Source of the DNA: Myxococcota bacterium
Lineage (GTDB): Bacteria > Myxococcota_A > UBA9160 > SZUA-336
NCBI GenBank assembly: GCA_965247115.1
Contig: CBDFGR010000003.1
Coordinates: forward strand, 1,472,001-1,536,000
Direction: 5' to 3'
Length of the DNA stretch: 64,000 nt
Below, one piece after another: positions 17,770 through 26,492 of the stretch; position 1 is the stretch's first letter; every line of letters begins with the position of its first letter. The notes beneath the pieces were generated by a model that saw only the letters and a program-made list of their open reading frames with translations, did not search any database and was not told the origin of the DNA. The translations under genes were made by a program, and so were the position numbers.

Positions 17770-20220
17770 TCAGCCACTGTCGTGGGTGGTTGAGTTACGA
17801 ACACCTCGAAGTCGGAGAAGGAGAGGAAAGTCGGGGTCGGCATAGGCCAGCAGGCCGAGCAGCTCGTTTTCGATTTCTCGGGCTTCGGCCTTGTAGCCGA
17901 GCTCACGGTAGCGCTCTGCGAGAATGAGCTGAGTGTTCATCCACTGCCACCTGTTCTGGTAGCTCCGAGACTTGAGTTCAGACGTCTCTTCCAGCACGTG
18001 AAGGGCCCGAGTCGGTTCTTCTTTCTCCAGCAAGGCTCGCGACAGAGATATCGATCCGGGGAGATGGAGCCAGCTCCCCTGAGTTCGCTCGAGCGGCAGC
18101 CCGGCTTCCAGAAACGAGATGGCGGCTTCCGCATTGCCCTCGGCTAGGGCGAGCTCGCCGCGCAGGACCAGAAAGGCGTTGTCCCAATAGAATCCCCCCA
18201 CCGAGGCCTCGAGCTGTGCTAGTGCTTCTCGCGCCTCGGCCAAGAGTCCGACTTGAGCGAGCATTTGAACGAGGCTAAGGGCAAGGGGCGTGCACAGGTC
18301 CTCGTCTGGCGCGCACCAGCGCTTGACGGTAGAGCCCTCTTGTAGAGTATCGCGCAGCAGTGTCCAATCGTCCTGTGCGTTGGCGATAGCCAACGCGTAC
18401 AACAGTCGATGCCACTCATCGGACTCATATCGGACACCGAGATCCGTTCTGGTCTGCCCGATGCTCCAATAGCCGAGGAACAGCTCAAAGGCGACGGCCT
18501 CGCGCAGGTCCGAGTGCATCGAAGGCAGCTTCTTCTCCCAGCGCTCCAGCTCTCCTACCAGGCGGTCCAGATCTCCTCGGATCCACAGGTCCTGGGTCGG
18601 GTAGAGGAGTGCCGCCGCAGCTGCATCTGCATGCCACGTCGTCGGTTGCGGGTCCGACAGTGCAGGAAGGAGCTCCACCGCTTTCGCATACAGGAGCGCG
18701 GCCTGAGTTGGGTCTCCCGCCAAGAACACCGCCCATCCGACAGTCCAGTTTGCCAGGAAGTCGTGGGGCCGCAGCTCTGCCCCTCGCACTAAATAGCGAA
18801 TAGCTTCCTCGACTCGGCCCCCACGCTGCAGGATGAAGACGATGTTGTTGTTTGCCCGGTAGTGATCGGGATAGAGCTGGAGAAGCGCCTCGTAGCTCAG
18901 TATCGCCTGGTCGTCCTGCCCCAGGAAAGAGAAGTAGCTTCCCTCGATGAAGTAGCGCTCGCGCTCGGGCAGCTGCTCGGACAGCTCCAGAGCTCTGCGG
19001 GCGTAAGGAATGAACTCTTCCTGCGGTCGGAGTTGATTTCTGAGCGACTGCGCGAGGAGGGTGTACGCGGAGGCGAACTTCGGGTCCTCGGCGATGGCCT
19101 GCTTCAGCAGCACCTCTGCGATCTGATTGTTTCTCTTTCCAATTGAAATCACCGCATCGGCCTGCGTGTAGAGCTGAAGAGCTCGCAACGAGGTTGTACT
19201 GACTGTCTCGAACTCCTCGTCGCTCACGCGGATCTGCTGGATCTCCTCGCCGAGAATTTCGCGGGCGCTCGTGGCAAGTCGATGGAGGGCCGACAGCACC
19301 TGCTCCTCTCCCTCCGCGGTCTCGCTCAGACTCGCTACGGTGACTCCCTCCATCGGGTCGACGAGCTCGACGCTCAACAGATACGCCGAGCCGAGCTTGT
19401 CGACGCGGGTCGTCAGCAAGGCGCGGATTCCCCCGTCGCGCAGGCAGATCTCGCGACCCACTTCGCCGTCCACGCGGGTGTCCAAGGGCTTCTTCATGAG
19501 CCGCAGGGCGTCCTGGATCCGCTCCCGGGGCACCACATTGACAAAGCGCGAGTTGCTGAGCTCTCGGACCAGGGCGGCCTCGAGTGTGCCATCAAAGAGC
19601 GCCTCGCCGGCGCGATTGTCGAAGGCTGCGACGAGCACCCAATCCCGTTCTTCAAAGGCGAGGGCCCTGACCGACCCATTGGGCCCCCGCGCATACCACC
19701 AGATGATGGTGAGAGCCGCGAGGAGGATCGCCACACCAGCTGCCTGGGCGGGTCGGAGGCCGAACCGTTTCGCTCGGGCTCGTGGAGGTTCTCGCAGGAC
19801 TGGAGCTCGGTCCACAGAGACGGGAGCCTTTCTTTCTCCACGACGCGCCTCCGCCCCCCAGCGCTCTTCGACCTCTGTAACGAACTGATACCCCCGGCCT
19901 CGGCGAGTTCGGATCAGTCGCTGCGTATCGCCGTGGTCGCCGAGTGCGTGTCGTATCTGGCCGATGGCAGTGGTGAAGGCGGATTCGCTGACTTTTGCGT
20001 CCGGCCAGATCTCGTCGAGGAGTTCCGTCTTCGGCACGACTCGGTCGCGGTTTTCTACGAGGTAGAGAAGCAGTCTCGTGGGTTTGAGCTGAAGGTCCGT
20101 GGCCGAGCCCGAGCGGAGCAACTCACAGCTTCGGGCCCGCAGCTCGAAGTCCTCGAAAACGAAGACGCGGCCTAGGGCTGTCGTATCACCGGACTCAGAA
20201 TCCTGAGGGGGTTCAGCCAC
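17770..20220 (-). CDS. CadC/OmpR-type winged-helix + transmembrane + TPR-like regulator
   Basis: N-terminal LLYLVENRDRVVPKTELLDEIWP...IRTRRGRGYQF, one TM helix, DWVLVAAFDN adaptor-like domain, helical repeats. Confidence 0.85.
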   Translation of the reverse strand: MAEPPQDSESGDTTALGRVFVFEDFELRARSCELLRSGSATDLQLKPTRLLLYLVENRDRVVPKTELLDEIWPDAKVSESAFTTAIGQIRHALGDHGDTQRLIRTRRGRGYQFVTEVEERWGAEARRGERKAPVSVDRAPVLREPPRARAKRFGLRPAQAAGVAILLAALTIIWWYARGPNGSVRALAFEERDWVLVAAFDNRAGEALFDGTLEAALVRELSNSRFVNVVPRERIQDALRLMKKPLDTRVDGEVGREICLRDGGIRALLTTRVDKLGSAYLLSVELVDPMEGVTVASLSETAEGEEQVLSALHRLATSAREILGEEIQQIRVSDEEFETVSTTSLRALQLYTQADAVISIGKRNNQIAEVLLKQAIAEDPKFASAYTLLAQSLRNQLRPQEEFIPYARRALELSEQLPERERYFIEGSYFSFLGQDDQAILSYEALLQLYPDHYRANNNIVFILQRGGRVEEAIRYLVRGAELRPHDFLANWTVGWAVFLAGDPTQAALLYAKAVELLPALSDPQPTTWHADAAAAALLYPTQDLWIRGDLDRLVGELERWEKKLPSMHSDLREAVAFELFLGYWSIGQTRTDLGVRYESDEWHRLLYALAIANAQDDWTLLRDTLQEGSTVKRWCAPDEDLCTPLALSLVQMLAQVGLLAEAREALAQLEASVGGFYWDNAFLVLRGELALAEGNAEAAISFLEAGLPLERTQGSWLHLPGSISLSRALLEKEEPTRALHVLEETSELKSRSYQNRWQWMNTQLILAERYRELGYKAEAREIENELLGLLAYADPDFPLLLRLRGVRNSTTHDSG

Positions 20221-20364
20221 TTACGAAGACCTCGCAGTCGCGAGAGCGGTGTCGAGTATCCCACAAGTCCTAGAACGGAGGAAGAGCGGATGTTGAGCTG
20301 AAGTTCGCGTGGGGCCGCTTGTGTAGGTTGGGGAACAACAAATACGCGAGTGCCGGGGGTCAGT

Positions 20365-20865
20365 ATGACGCTCCGAGACGTCGATAGGTGGACTCACTTC
20401 CGCGGCTGGCAGGACGGCAACCGAGCGGTCTGGTCACTCGCCGTTGGAGTGTGTCTGGTGGTGCTGGGATGCAACTCGTTTGGGAGAAAGGTCGAGGAAG
20501 TGCGTTCCGCGATGCTCGGAATGAAGGAACGTGAATTGCTCAGCTGTCTGGGGCCGCCGACCGACTTTGTCATTGATGCGGAACGGCGCATCTTCATCTA
20601 TCGCATGGATCTTCGACGTCGGGCGTTCGTCGATATTGAAGACACACCGAGAACATCCAAATCCACGGTGGTGATTCCAAACGAGCCCGCCGTCTGCAAT
20701 GCGGCATTCCAGATCGATCACGGGGTGATCTCGGACGTAGAGGTGCGCGGAGTCAATCCTCTCGGACTAAATGCGGATTCGATGTGCACCATCGTGGTGG
20801 GCGAGTGCCTCGCAGATCTGGCGTACACTACGGGCCGCTGGCCTGCAGAGGCGCTTACCCCGTAG
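20365..20865 (+). CDS. Hypothetical lipoprotein
   Basis: Hydrophobic stretch ending VLGC, GMKERELLSCLGPP (SmpA/BamE-like) and several Cys. Start uncertain. Confidence 0.6.
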   Translation: MTLRDVDRWTHFRGWQDGNRAVWSLAVGVCLVVLGCNSFGRKVEEVRSAMLGMKERELLSCLGPPTDFVIDAERRIFIYRMDLRRRAFVDIEDTPRTSKSTVVIPNEPAVCNAAFQIDHGVISDVEVRGVNPLGLNADSMCTIVVGECLADLAYTTGRWPAEALTP

Positions 20866-20956
20866 GCCCAGGCTCCGCAGCGCAGTCCAGTTCTCATGCT
20901 GGCAGGCGGGACAGCTGTGTGTTGTGATGAGCTGGCTGACCGCCGGCGACTCTGCA

Positions 20957-21817
20957 TCACGCTCGGTCGGATACGGGGGGCACTGCGAGCGAGCCGCCGA
21001 GGCCGGACGTGCCCGCGCCAGGTCGGACCGCTTCGATGGGGTCGTCCATGTCACCCCAGTACCCGATCGCATAGGCACCCCGCGAGTATCCGATCAGACG
21101 CTGCAGTTGCTCGGGGAGCTTCCTGGCCTGTTCGACGGGCACGCACAGATACTGGTTCTCGTGTTGACGCAACCAGCCTCGGGTGTAGGAGATGATCATT
21201 CCTACACGCGTGTCTGTGGTGGTGTTGGCGCCGGCACCGTGCATCACCGAACCCGTGTAGAACAACGTCGATCCGATGCCCATCTCGGCCACGCTCAGCT
21301 CGGACTCATCGAACCGGGGCCGCCCATCGCTGAGATGACTGCCCACCGCAACACGAGTCGCACCGTTGGCGGCCGTGAAGTCAGTGAACGCCCACATCGT
21401 GGAGAGCTCGACGTCATAACCGACAGGCCAGGGGAATTGGTCCCAGGCCCACTGATCGCGGTGTAACCCCTGGCGGTGTTCGCCAGGAGAGATCGCCACT
21501 ACTTGTGTGGCGTTGAGCTGAACGGTGGTGGCATCAGAAAAGAGGTCGACCGCCGCGCCCAACACGACCGGGTCCGTCACCAGAGGGTGAATCTCGGGGG
21601 CGCGCCCGATGAGTGAGCCGAGCCGCTTGGTCGCTGTCCCCTCGAAGCGCTCCCTACCGTGCTGCTTGACCTCCAGATACGGCTCGAAACTGCTCCGGAC
21701 CGCCGATGCGGTCGCTGCATCTATCAGGTTCTCGACCACGACCGCGCCGTCTCGGCGCAACGTCTCAGCGACCTCCTCGCCAGTTGTTTCGTCTGCTTGT
21801 AGGTACCGCAACGCCAC
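20957..21817 (-). CDS. Phytanoyl-CoA dioxygenase (PhyH) family Fe(II)/2OG dioxygenase
   Basis: LRRDGAVVVENL, QGLHRD, DFTAANGATRV, HGAGAN, WLRQHENQYL. Confidence 0.9.
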   Translation of the reverse strand: MALRYLQADETTGEEVAETLRRDGAVVVENLIDAATASAVRSSFEPYLEVKQHGRERFEGTATKRLGSLIGRAPEIHPLVTDPVVLGAAVDLFSDATTVQLNATQVVAISPGEHRQGLHRDQWAWDQFPWPVGYDVELSTMWAFTDFTAANGATRVAVGSHLSDGRPRFDESELSVAEMGIGSTLFYTGSVMHGAGANTTTDTRVGMIISYTRGWLRQHENQYLCVPVEQARKLPEQLQRLIGYSRGAYAIGYWGDMDDPIEAVRPGAGTSGLGGSLAVPPVSDRA

Positions 21818-21904
21818 GTCAGACAGTGTTACACACCCGAGTCGCCCGTACTTGTTGGGCCGGCCAACCGCCGGCCGGGTCCCCTCAGGTTTGTAATCCG
21901 ACTT

Positions 21905-21926
21905 TGTGAACCGGGTGTGAACCGGG
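21905..21926 (+). repeat. Tandem 11-bp direct repeat TGTGAACCGGG x2 (candidate integrase arm-type sites)
   Basis: Read directly, about 50 bp upstream of a tmRNA-like fragment. Confidence 0.6.
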
Positions 21927-21974
21927 GCCAACCCGCGTTGCTAAGTACGCGCAACTACGCCAGAAAAAGTGGCC

Positions 21975-22001
21975 GGACGCGGATTCGATTCCCGCCGCCT
22001 C
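21975..22001 (+). other. Fragment resembling the 3' end (T-arm) of tmRNA; att-site remnant
   Basis: GGACGCGGATTCGATTCCCGCCGCCTC versus the typical ssrA end GGACGCGGGTTCGA(C/T)TCCCGCCGCCTCCACCA. CACCA and the 5' part are absent. Confidence 0.7.
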
Positions 22002-22219
22002 TGAAAGTGACCGTCGGGCTCCGCAGTACGTTCATGCGTTCTCGGGTGTGCCAGTCTCCAACCAGAGCTCTCCTTCTGCACGGCCGGATGAGCGCGATCT
22101 GTAGCTAATCGGTAGCTACGGGGCGCATAATCGTGGAGGCACGGGCCGCGAGCGAAACGAGGTCCATGGATTCTGGTCGAAGAAGACGCGTCGCGAACTC
22201 CTGCCGCTCCAAAACGCGC

Positions 22220-22279
22220 AGCAACGAGATGAGCCGCAACCTGCTCGGTGAACAGCTCGGTCTCCCGAGGAGCTACTGA
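22220..22279 (+). pseudogene. C-terminal remnant of an acyl-CoA dehydrogenase
   Basis: SNEMSRNLLGEQLGLPRSY* is a typical ACAD C-terminus, TGATG-coupled to the next gene. No upstream body is present. Confidence 0.65.
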
Positions 22280-23382
22280 TGGCAAAGCGCGCGGTCGAGC
22301 CGGTCCGATTTCCCTGGCTGAATCCCGCCCGGTACTCGTTCTCGCTCGGCATCGAGGCCGCCGGCGCGTCCTGGTTGGCCGGCCAGACCGCCGCCGCATA
22401 TGACGCCAAACGAGGCCGGGTCGCGGTGATCGGCACGGGCGCGGAGCAGGCCGCCCTGTGCTGGGACAAGGTGAAAGCAGTGCTGGATGGAGCGGGCCGC
22501 GACGTAGGCTCGTGCTCCGAGCTGGTGGAATATCTCACCGTCGAGGGGCTTCGACAGCAGAGCGAGATCGCGTCTGTCCGCCCGACGGGTCGCGCGGCCT
22601 CGACGATCGTCGTCGAGTCGCTGGTGCGGCCGACCGCGGTCGTCGAGGTTGAAGTGGTCGCCGGTTCGCCGAGAGGCCTTGTGCGGCTTCCGCAAATCTT
22701 GCCGCTAGGCGCAGATGGCACCGTCGTCGCGCCAGGAGACCTCGTGGGTCAGGTCGAGTTTGTCCTCGAGCGGGCCGGAGGGTTGTTGGCCGAACGCGAT
22801 CTCGACCTGACCCACGTGGTGCGGACGGTCGAGCAGACGACTGCTGCTACGCGCGCGGACTACCGCGCCACTGCCGAAGCACGTCGGCGTCTGCTGGGCC
22901 CGGCGTTCCCGGCCTCTACGGGGGTTGTCTCGCCAAAACTGCCGCATCCCGATGTTCTGGTCGCGCTCGATGTGTGGGCTTCGACGCTCCCGAAGCAGCC
23001 TGTGAACCCGGGATGGCCGGCCTTCGACTCGCTCACTTTCAGTCCGGCCGTGCAGGCGGGGAATCTGCTGTTTATCTCGGGGACCACCGCTTGGGATCCC
23101 TCGACCGGTGAGACGGTCGCACCGGACGATATCGGAGGCCAGGCGGAGTTCGTCTACGGACAGATCGACGAGATTTGCAGGGCAGCAGGCGGGTCCATCC
23201 GCGATCTCGTGAAAAGCGTGGAATACGTGACGCCCAGCGGCGTCGATCACTATCGTGACGTCGCCGCGGTGCGGAGTCGGATGCTCGAGCGCCCGTTGCC
23301 AGCTTCAACCGGTGTGGTGGTGGGCGGCCTGCTCAGCCGCTCGTGGCTCATCGAGGTCGAAGCTCTCGCCGTCCTGTCATGA
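22279..23382 (+). CDS. Rid (YjgF/YER057c/UK114) family protein with three tandem domains
   Basis: Three repeats ending VEVEVVA, VALDVWA and IEVEALA; FSPAVQAGNLLFISG in repeat 3. Confidence 0.8.
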   Translation: MAKRAVEPVRFPWLNPARYSFSLGIEAAGASWLAGQTAAAYDAKRGRVAVIGTGAEQAALCWDKVKAVLDGAGRDVGSCSELVEYLTVEGLRQQSEIASVRPTGRAASTIVVESLVRPTAVVEVEVVAGSPRGLVRLPQILPLGADGTVVAPGDLVGQVEFVLERAGGLLAERDLDLTHVVRTVEQTTAATRADYRATAEARRRLLGPAFPASTGVVSPKLPHPDVLVALDVWASTLPKQPVNPGWPAFDSLTFSPAVQAGNLLFISGTTAWDPSTGETVAPDDIGGQAEFVYGQIDEICRAAGGSIRDLVKSVEYVTPSGVDHYRDVAAVRSRMLERPLPASTGVVVGGLLSRSWLIEVEALAVLS

Positions 23383-23849
23383 CGCTGCTGCTCACCGACG
23401 CGATCCGAGCGATGATCGGCCGGACGCTCAGCTACCGGGCACCTGAGGAGCTCGGTCGGGCCTCTATCCGCTATTTCGCCTTGGCCGTCGGGGCGGACCC
23501 GTCACGCTGGAAGGATGAAGCGCCGCCCACGCTCGTGTGCGAGACCAACCAGCTGACGGGCAACGCCGAACCAGACGCAGACGCCTACCTGGGACACGCT
23601 TGGGATCTTTCGCTGCCCGTGCCGTGTCACATGATCCGAGGCGGTAACGACTACCGGTTCGGTCGCCCCGTACGGCCCGACGACGTCATCACTACGACGT
23701 GGGAACTCGTCGACGCCGTCGAGCGGATCGGCACGGGTGGCCGTCCCCTCCTCCTCGTCACCGCGCGCGCGACCTACACTGCCGACGACGGCGAATGGCT
23801 GGCCACGAATACCGAGACGCTCATCTACCGTCCGTCGGAGTCCAAATGA
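23379..23849 (+). CDS. MaoC-like dehydratase N-terminal subunit (hot-dog fold)
   Basis: GRASIRYFALAVG, APPTL, RGGNDYRFGRPVRPDD. ATGA overlap. Confidence 0.8.
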   Translation: MTLLLTDAIRAMIGRTLSYRAPEELGRASIRYFALAVGADPSRWKDEAPPTLVCETNQLTGNAEPDADAYLGHAWDLSLPVPCHMIRGGNDYRFGRPVRPDDVITTTWELVDAVERIGTGGRPLLLVTARATYTADDGEWLATNTETLIYRPSESK

Positions 23850-24238
23850 CCGCTGGCGAACGGCTTCCCGACCTCGAGCGTCGAATCAGCCTCGCCGACA
23901 TGGTCGCCTACGGCGCAGCCACCTGGGACTGGCATCGTCTGCACTACGACGCCGAGCACGCCCTCCGAGCCGGGATGAGAGCGCCGGTCGTAGACGGCCA
24001 GATGCTCGGGGCGCTACTGGCCGACCAAGTGCTTCGGGCGCTCCGCCCCGGGGACCGACTCACACGGCTCCATTACCGAAACCGCGCCCCGGTTTTTCCC
24101 GGCGACGTCATCCGCTGTCAGGCCGTGGTGAGCCGCGTCGACGCCGACCGTGTCGAAGTCGAGCAAACGATCCGGGTCGGCGGCACGGTCGTCGTCGCGC
24201 CCGCGGGCGCAGAGGTCACCTTGGCGCCCGTCCCCTAG
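23846..24238 (+). CDS. MaoC family dehydratase
   Basis: Hydratase motif YGAATWDWHRLHYD, VDGQMLG, PVFPGD. ATGA overlap. Confidence 0.85.
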   Translation: MTAGERLPDLERRISLADMVAYGAATWDWHRLHYDAEHALRAGMRAPVVDGQMLGALLADQVLRALRPGDRLTRLHYRNRAPVFPGDVIRCQAVVSRVDADRVEVEQTIRVGGTVVVAPAGAEVTLAPVP

Positions 24239-24319
24239 CGCGGCCCCGTGCCACCCCCAGAGTCCCGCCCCCTGACGTACTGGCCGACCTGTTGAGCGGT
24301 GTCCGCGGGTTCGCTTACC

Positions 24320-24946
24320 TCACGCGCACATCTTGAGGGTCAGGCGCCACGCTTCGCGCTCCCGCTGCTCGGCCCAGGTGCGAACGATCTCCCAGGCAGC
24401 GCGGGCGATCGCGGTCTCGTGCTCGCCGAAGTCGAGGTTCTCGTGCACGACGAGGTTACGCAGGGCGCGGATGGTGTGCATCATGTTGGCTTCGTGGGCG
24501 GGGAGAAGCTCCTGGCCTCGCAAGGTCGTGATCAGCTCCGCCAGGCTCGGCGGTGGGTCCGACTCCAGGTGCTTGACCCAGAGAGCTCTGCAGAAGCGGT
24601 CGACGTAACGCCAGGCGCCCTCGATACCGAGGCCGGCGCTCGCGGGAGGCGCGGGGGTGCGGGTGCGCCCCCCGCCGCCGGTCCGTCGAGATGCAGGACC
24701 GGACTTGAGCCGACCTCTGCGCCCGGACGCGGCCTGCGGGGCGAGGGTGTTCAGAACCCTCGTATGGTCACCGAGGGGACACTTGCCCTTCTTGCGCACC
24801 AGCGTGCCTTCAGTGGCGAGCTGGCGACAGGCTTCGGCGACCTTCGGGCGGGCCCGGATGCCGGTCTTTCTGGCAAGGCAGTCGTCGCAGCCGCCTCGGG
24901 CGGAATTCGACCGGAGATACGTGAGGACCCGGTCGGTAGTGCTCAT
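24320..24946 (-). CDS. Cys-rich winged-helix N-terminus + HEPN-like C-terminal domain
   Basis: CDDCLA...CRQL...KGKCP, low-complexity linker, helical domain with RxxxxH (RNLVVH). Confidence 0.65.
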   Translation of the reverse strand: MSTTDRVLTYLRSNSARGGCDDCLARKTGIRARPKVAEACRQLATEGTLVRKKGKCPLGDHTRVLNTLAPQAASGRRGRLKSGPASRRTGGGGRTRTPAPPASAGLGIEGAWRYVDRFCRALWVKHLESDPPPSLAELITTLRGQELLPAHEANMMHTIRALRNLVVHENLDFGEHETAIARAAWEIVRTWAEQREREAWRLTLKMCA

Positions 24947-24983
24947 AGGTGGCGCTGGCCTTTTGCTGCAGAGCAGCCGATCC

Positions 24984-25202
24984 CTACTCTTCTCGCGTCG
25001 ATGCCTCGTCTTGCGCTACCCGCAGCTCCGCCTTTGCAGCACGAAGTCCCACGGTCGCGGCTCGGAATCCTGCCTTTGCGATCGAGCGACCTGACTTCGC
25101 CGTCCGGAGCCCTGCCTGGGCAGCCTGTTGGGCTGCCTTCGCGGCCCTCCGTCCCACAGTCTTCGCTCGTCGGCCTGCTTGCTCGAGGTCATTGCGGTCC
25201 AT
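24984..25202 (-). CDS. Small Ala/Arg/Lys-rich helical protein
   Basis: 72 aa, GAGTAGG upstream, codirectional with and 37 bp upstream of the HEPN-like gene. Confidence 0.45.
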   Translation of the reverse strand: MDRNDLEQAGRRAKTVGRRAAKAAQQAAQAGLRTAKSGRSIAKAGFRAATVGLRAAKAELRVAQDEASTREE

Positions 25203-25379
25203 GCGCACCTACTCGGCCGCACCCGGGCTGGCCTTGAGACCTTGCTCGCTGTGCGCGTTCCCGACCCCTCGTTCATCGGGATCACGGAAGAGCCGTCTCG
25301 GGTCTCGGACAGGGGAGACGGGTGTATGCTGGCATCCTGTCAGGAGCTGTAGCCACCAGCGGATTGGAGGCAGGGGAAC

Positions 25380-26447
25380 ATGGAGTTTGGGATTTTCTCC
25401 ACGATTGATGTTCGCCCGGACCGCGGGCAAACGGAAGTGGACTCTACCGAGAACTTCTTGACGCAGTGTGAGTATGCGGAGGAGTTAGGATATGACAGCG
25501 TCTGGCTTGCCGAGCAGCGGTTCTTCCCTGGGTATTCCTGTTCGCCGGCGCCGGAGTTGTTGGCGGCAGCCTTGAGCCAGCGGACCCAGCGAGTCCGGAT
25601 CGGGTTCGCCGTATTGCTTCTGCCCTACCATCACCCGATTCATACGGCCGGGAAGATGGCCACGCTGGACATCCTGACCCGGGGACGGGTGGACTTTGGC
25701 CTTGGGCGGGGAGCGAATCCCCTGGAGGCCGATGTGCTGGGTGTTCCGCTGGCTGACAGTCGAGAGACCTTTTCGGAGCATCTGGAGGTTGTGCTCAAGG
25801 CGTTTACACAGGAGAAGTTCACGCACCGCGGGGTGCACTATGATGTTCCGGAGGAAATCTCTCTCATTCCCAAGCCGGTGCAGAAGCCGCACCCACCGGT
25901 TTGGGTCGCGGCCATCCAGGGCAGTACCGCAGATATCGTCGGAGAGATAGGTCACGGTCTGCAATTGGCCTCGCACTACGCCACGTTTGAGGAGGTCAAG
26001 GAATCTATCGAGCGGTATCGAGCGGCCTTCAAGAAAGCGGGGCATCGGCACAAGCCCCGAGTCGCCGTGTTGTCGGAGGTCTTCGTAGACACGACAAAGA
26101 AGAAGGCACAGGAGGTCGCCGCGGAGTGTTACGTTTGGAACGCCAAGTACACGGGTAAGATCCTGAAGTCGCTAGGGTCCAAACCGATCAAGAGCTACGA
26201 GGGATACTACGAGATGGCCCAGGCGGGCGGAATCCCGGACGAGAAGATGACCTTCGACGCGCTGCAGGAAGTCAATTCGATCGTCGTCGGCGACCCGGAC
26301 TACTGTATCGAGAGACTCAAGGCTTTTGAGGGACTGGGAGTAGACCTGCATATCTCTTGGACGCAAGCGGGCGGGATGCCTCACGAGAAGGTGATGGACT
26401 CGATGAAGCTATTCTCGGAGAAGGTCATACTGGCCCTTCACGTTTAG
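25380..26447 (+). CDS. Luciferase-like (LLM) flavin-dependent oxidoreductase
   Basis: AEELGYDSVWLAEQ, ATLDILTRGRVDFGLGRG, PKPVQKPHPPVW. Confidence 0.92.
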   Translation: MEFGIFSTIDVRPDRGQTEVDSTENFLTQCEYAEELGYDSVWLAEQRFFPGYSCSPAPELLAAALSQRTQRVRIGFAVLLLPYHHPIHTAGKMATLDILTRGRVDFGLGRGANPLEADVLGVPLADSRETFSEHLEVVLKAFTQEKFTHRGVHYDVPEEISLIPKPVQKPHPPVWVAAIQGSTADIVGEIGHGLQLASHYATFEEVKESIERYRAAFKKAGHRHKPRVAVLSEVFVDTTKKKAQEVAAECYVWNAKYTGKILKSLGSKPIKSYEGYYEMAQAGGIPDEKMTFDALQEVNSIVVGDPDYCIERLKAFEGLGVDLHISWTQAGGMPHEKVMDSMKLFSEKVILALHV

Positions 26448-26492
26448 CCGATTGATAGGCTCCGGCGGTTCGCACGGAGCTGGAGAACGCCC

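Noticed and set aside
21820..22010. Complete tmRNA or tRNA gene
   Set aside because: No 5' acceptor strand, no tag ORF and no CCA end found; only the 3' fragment is present.
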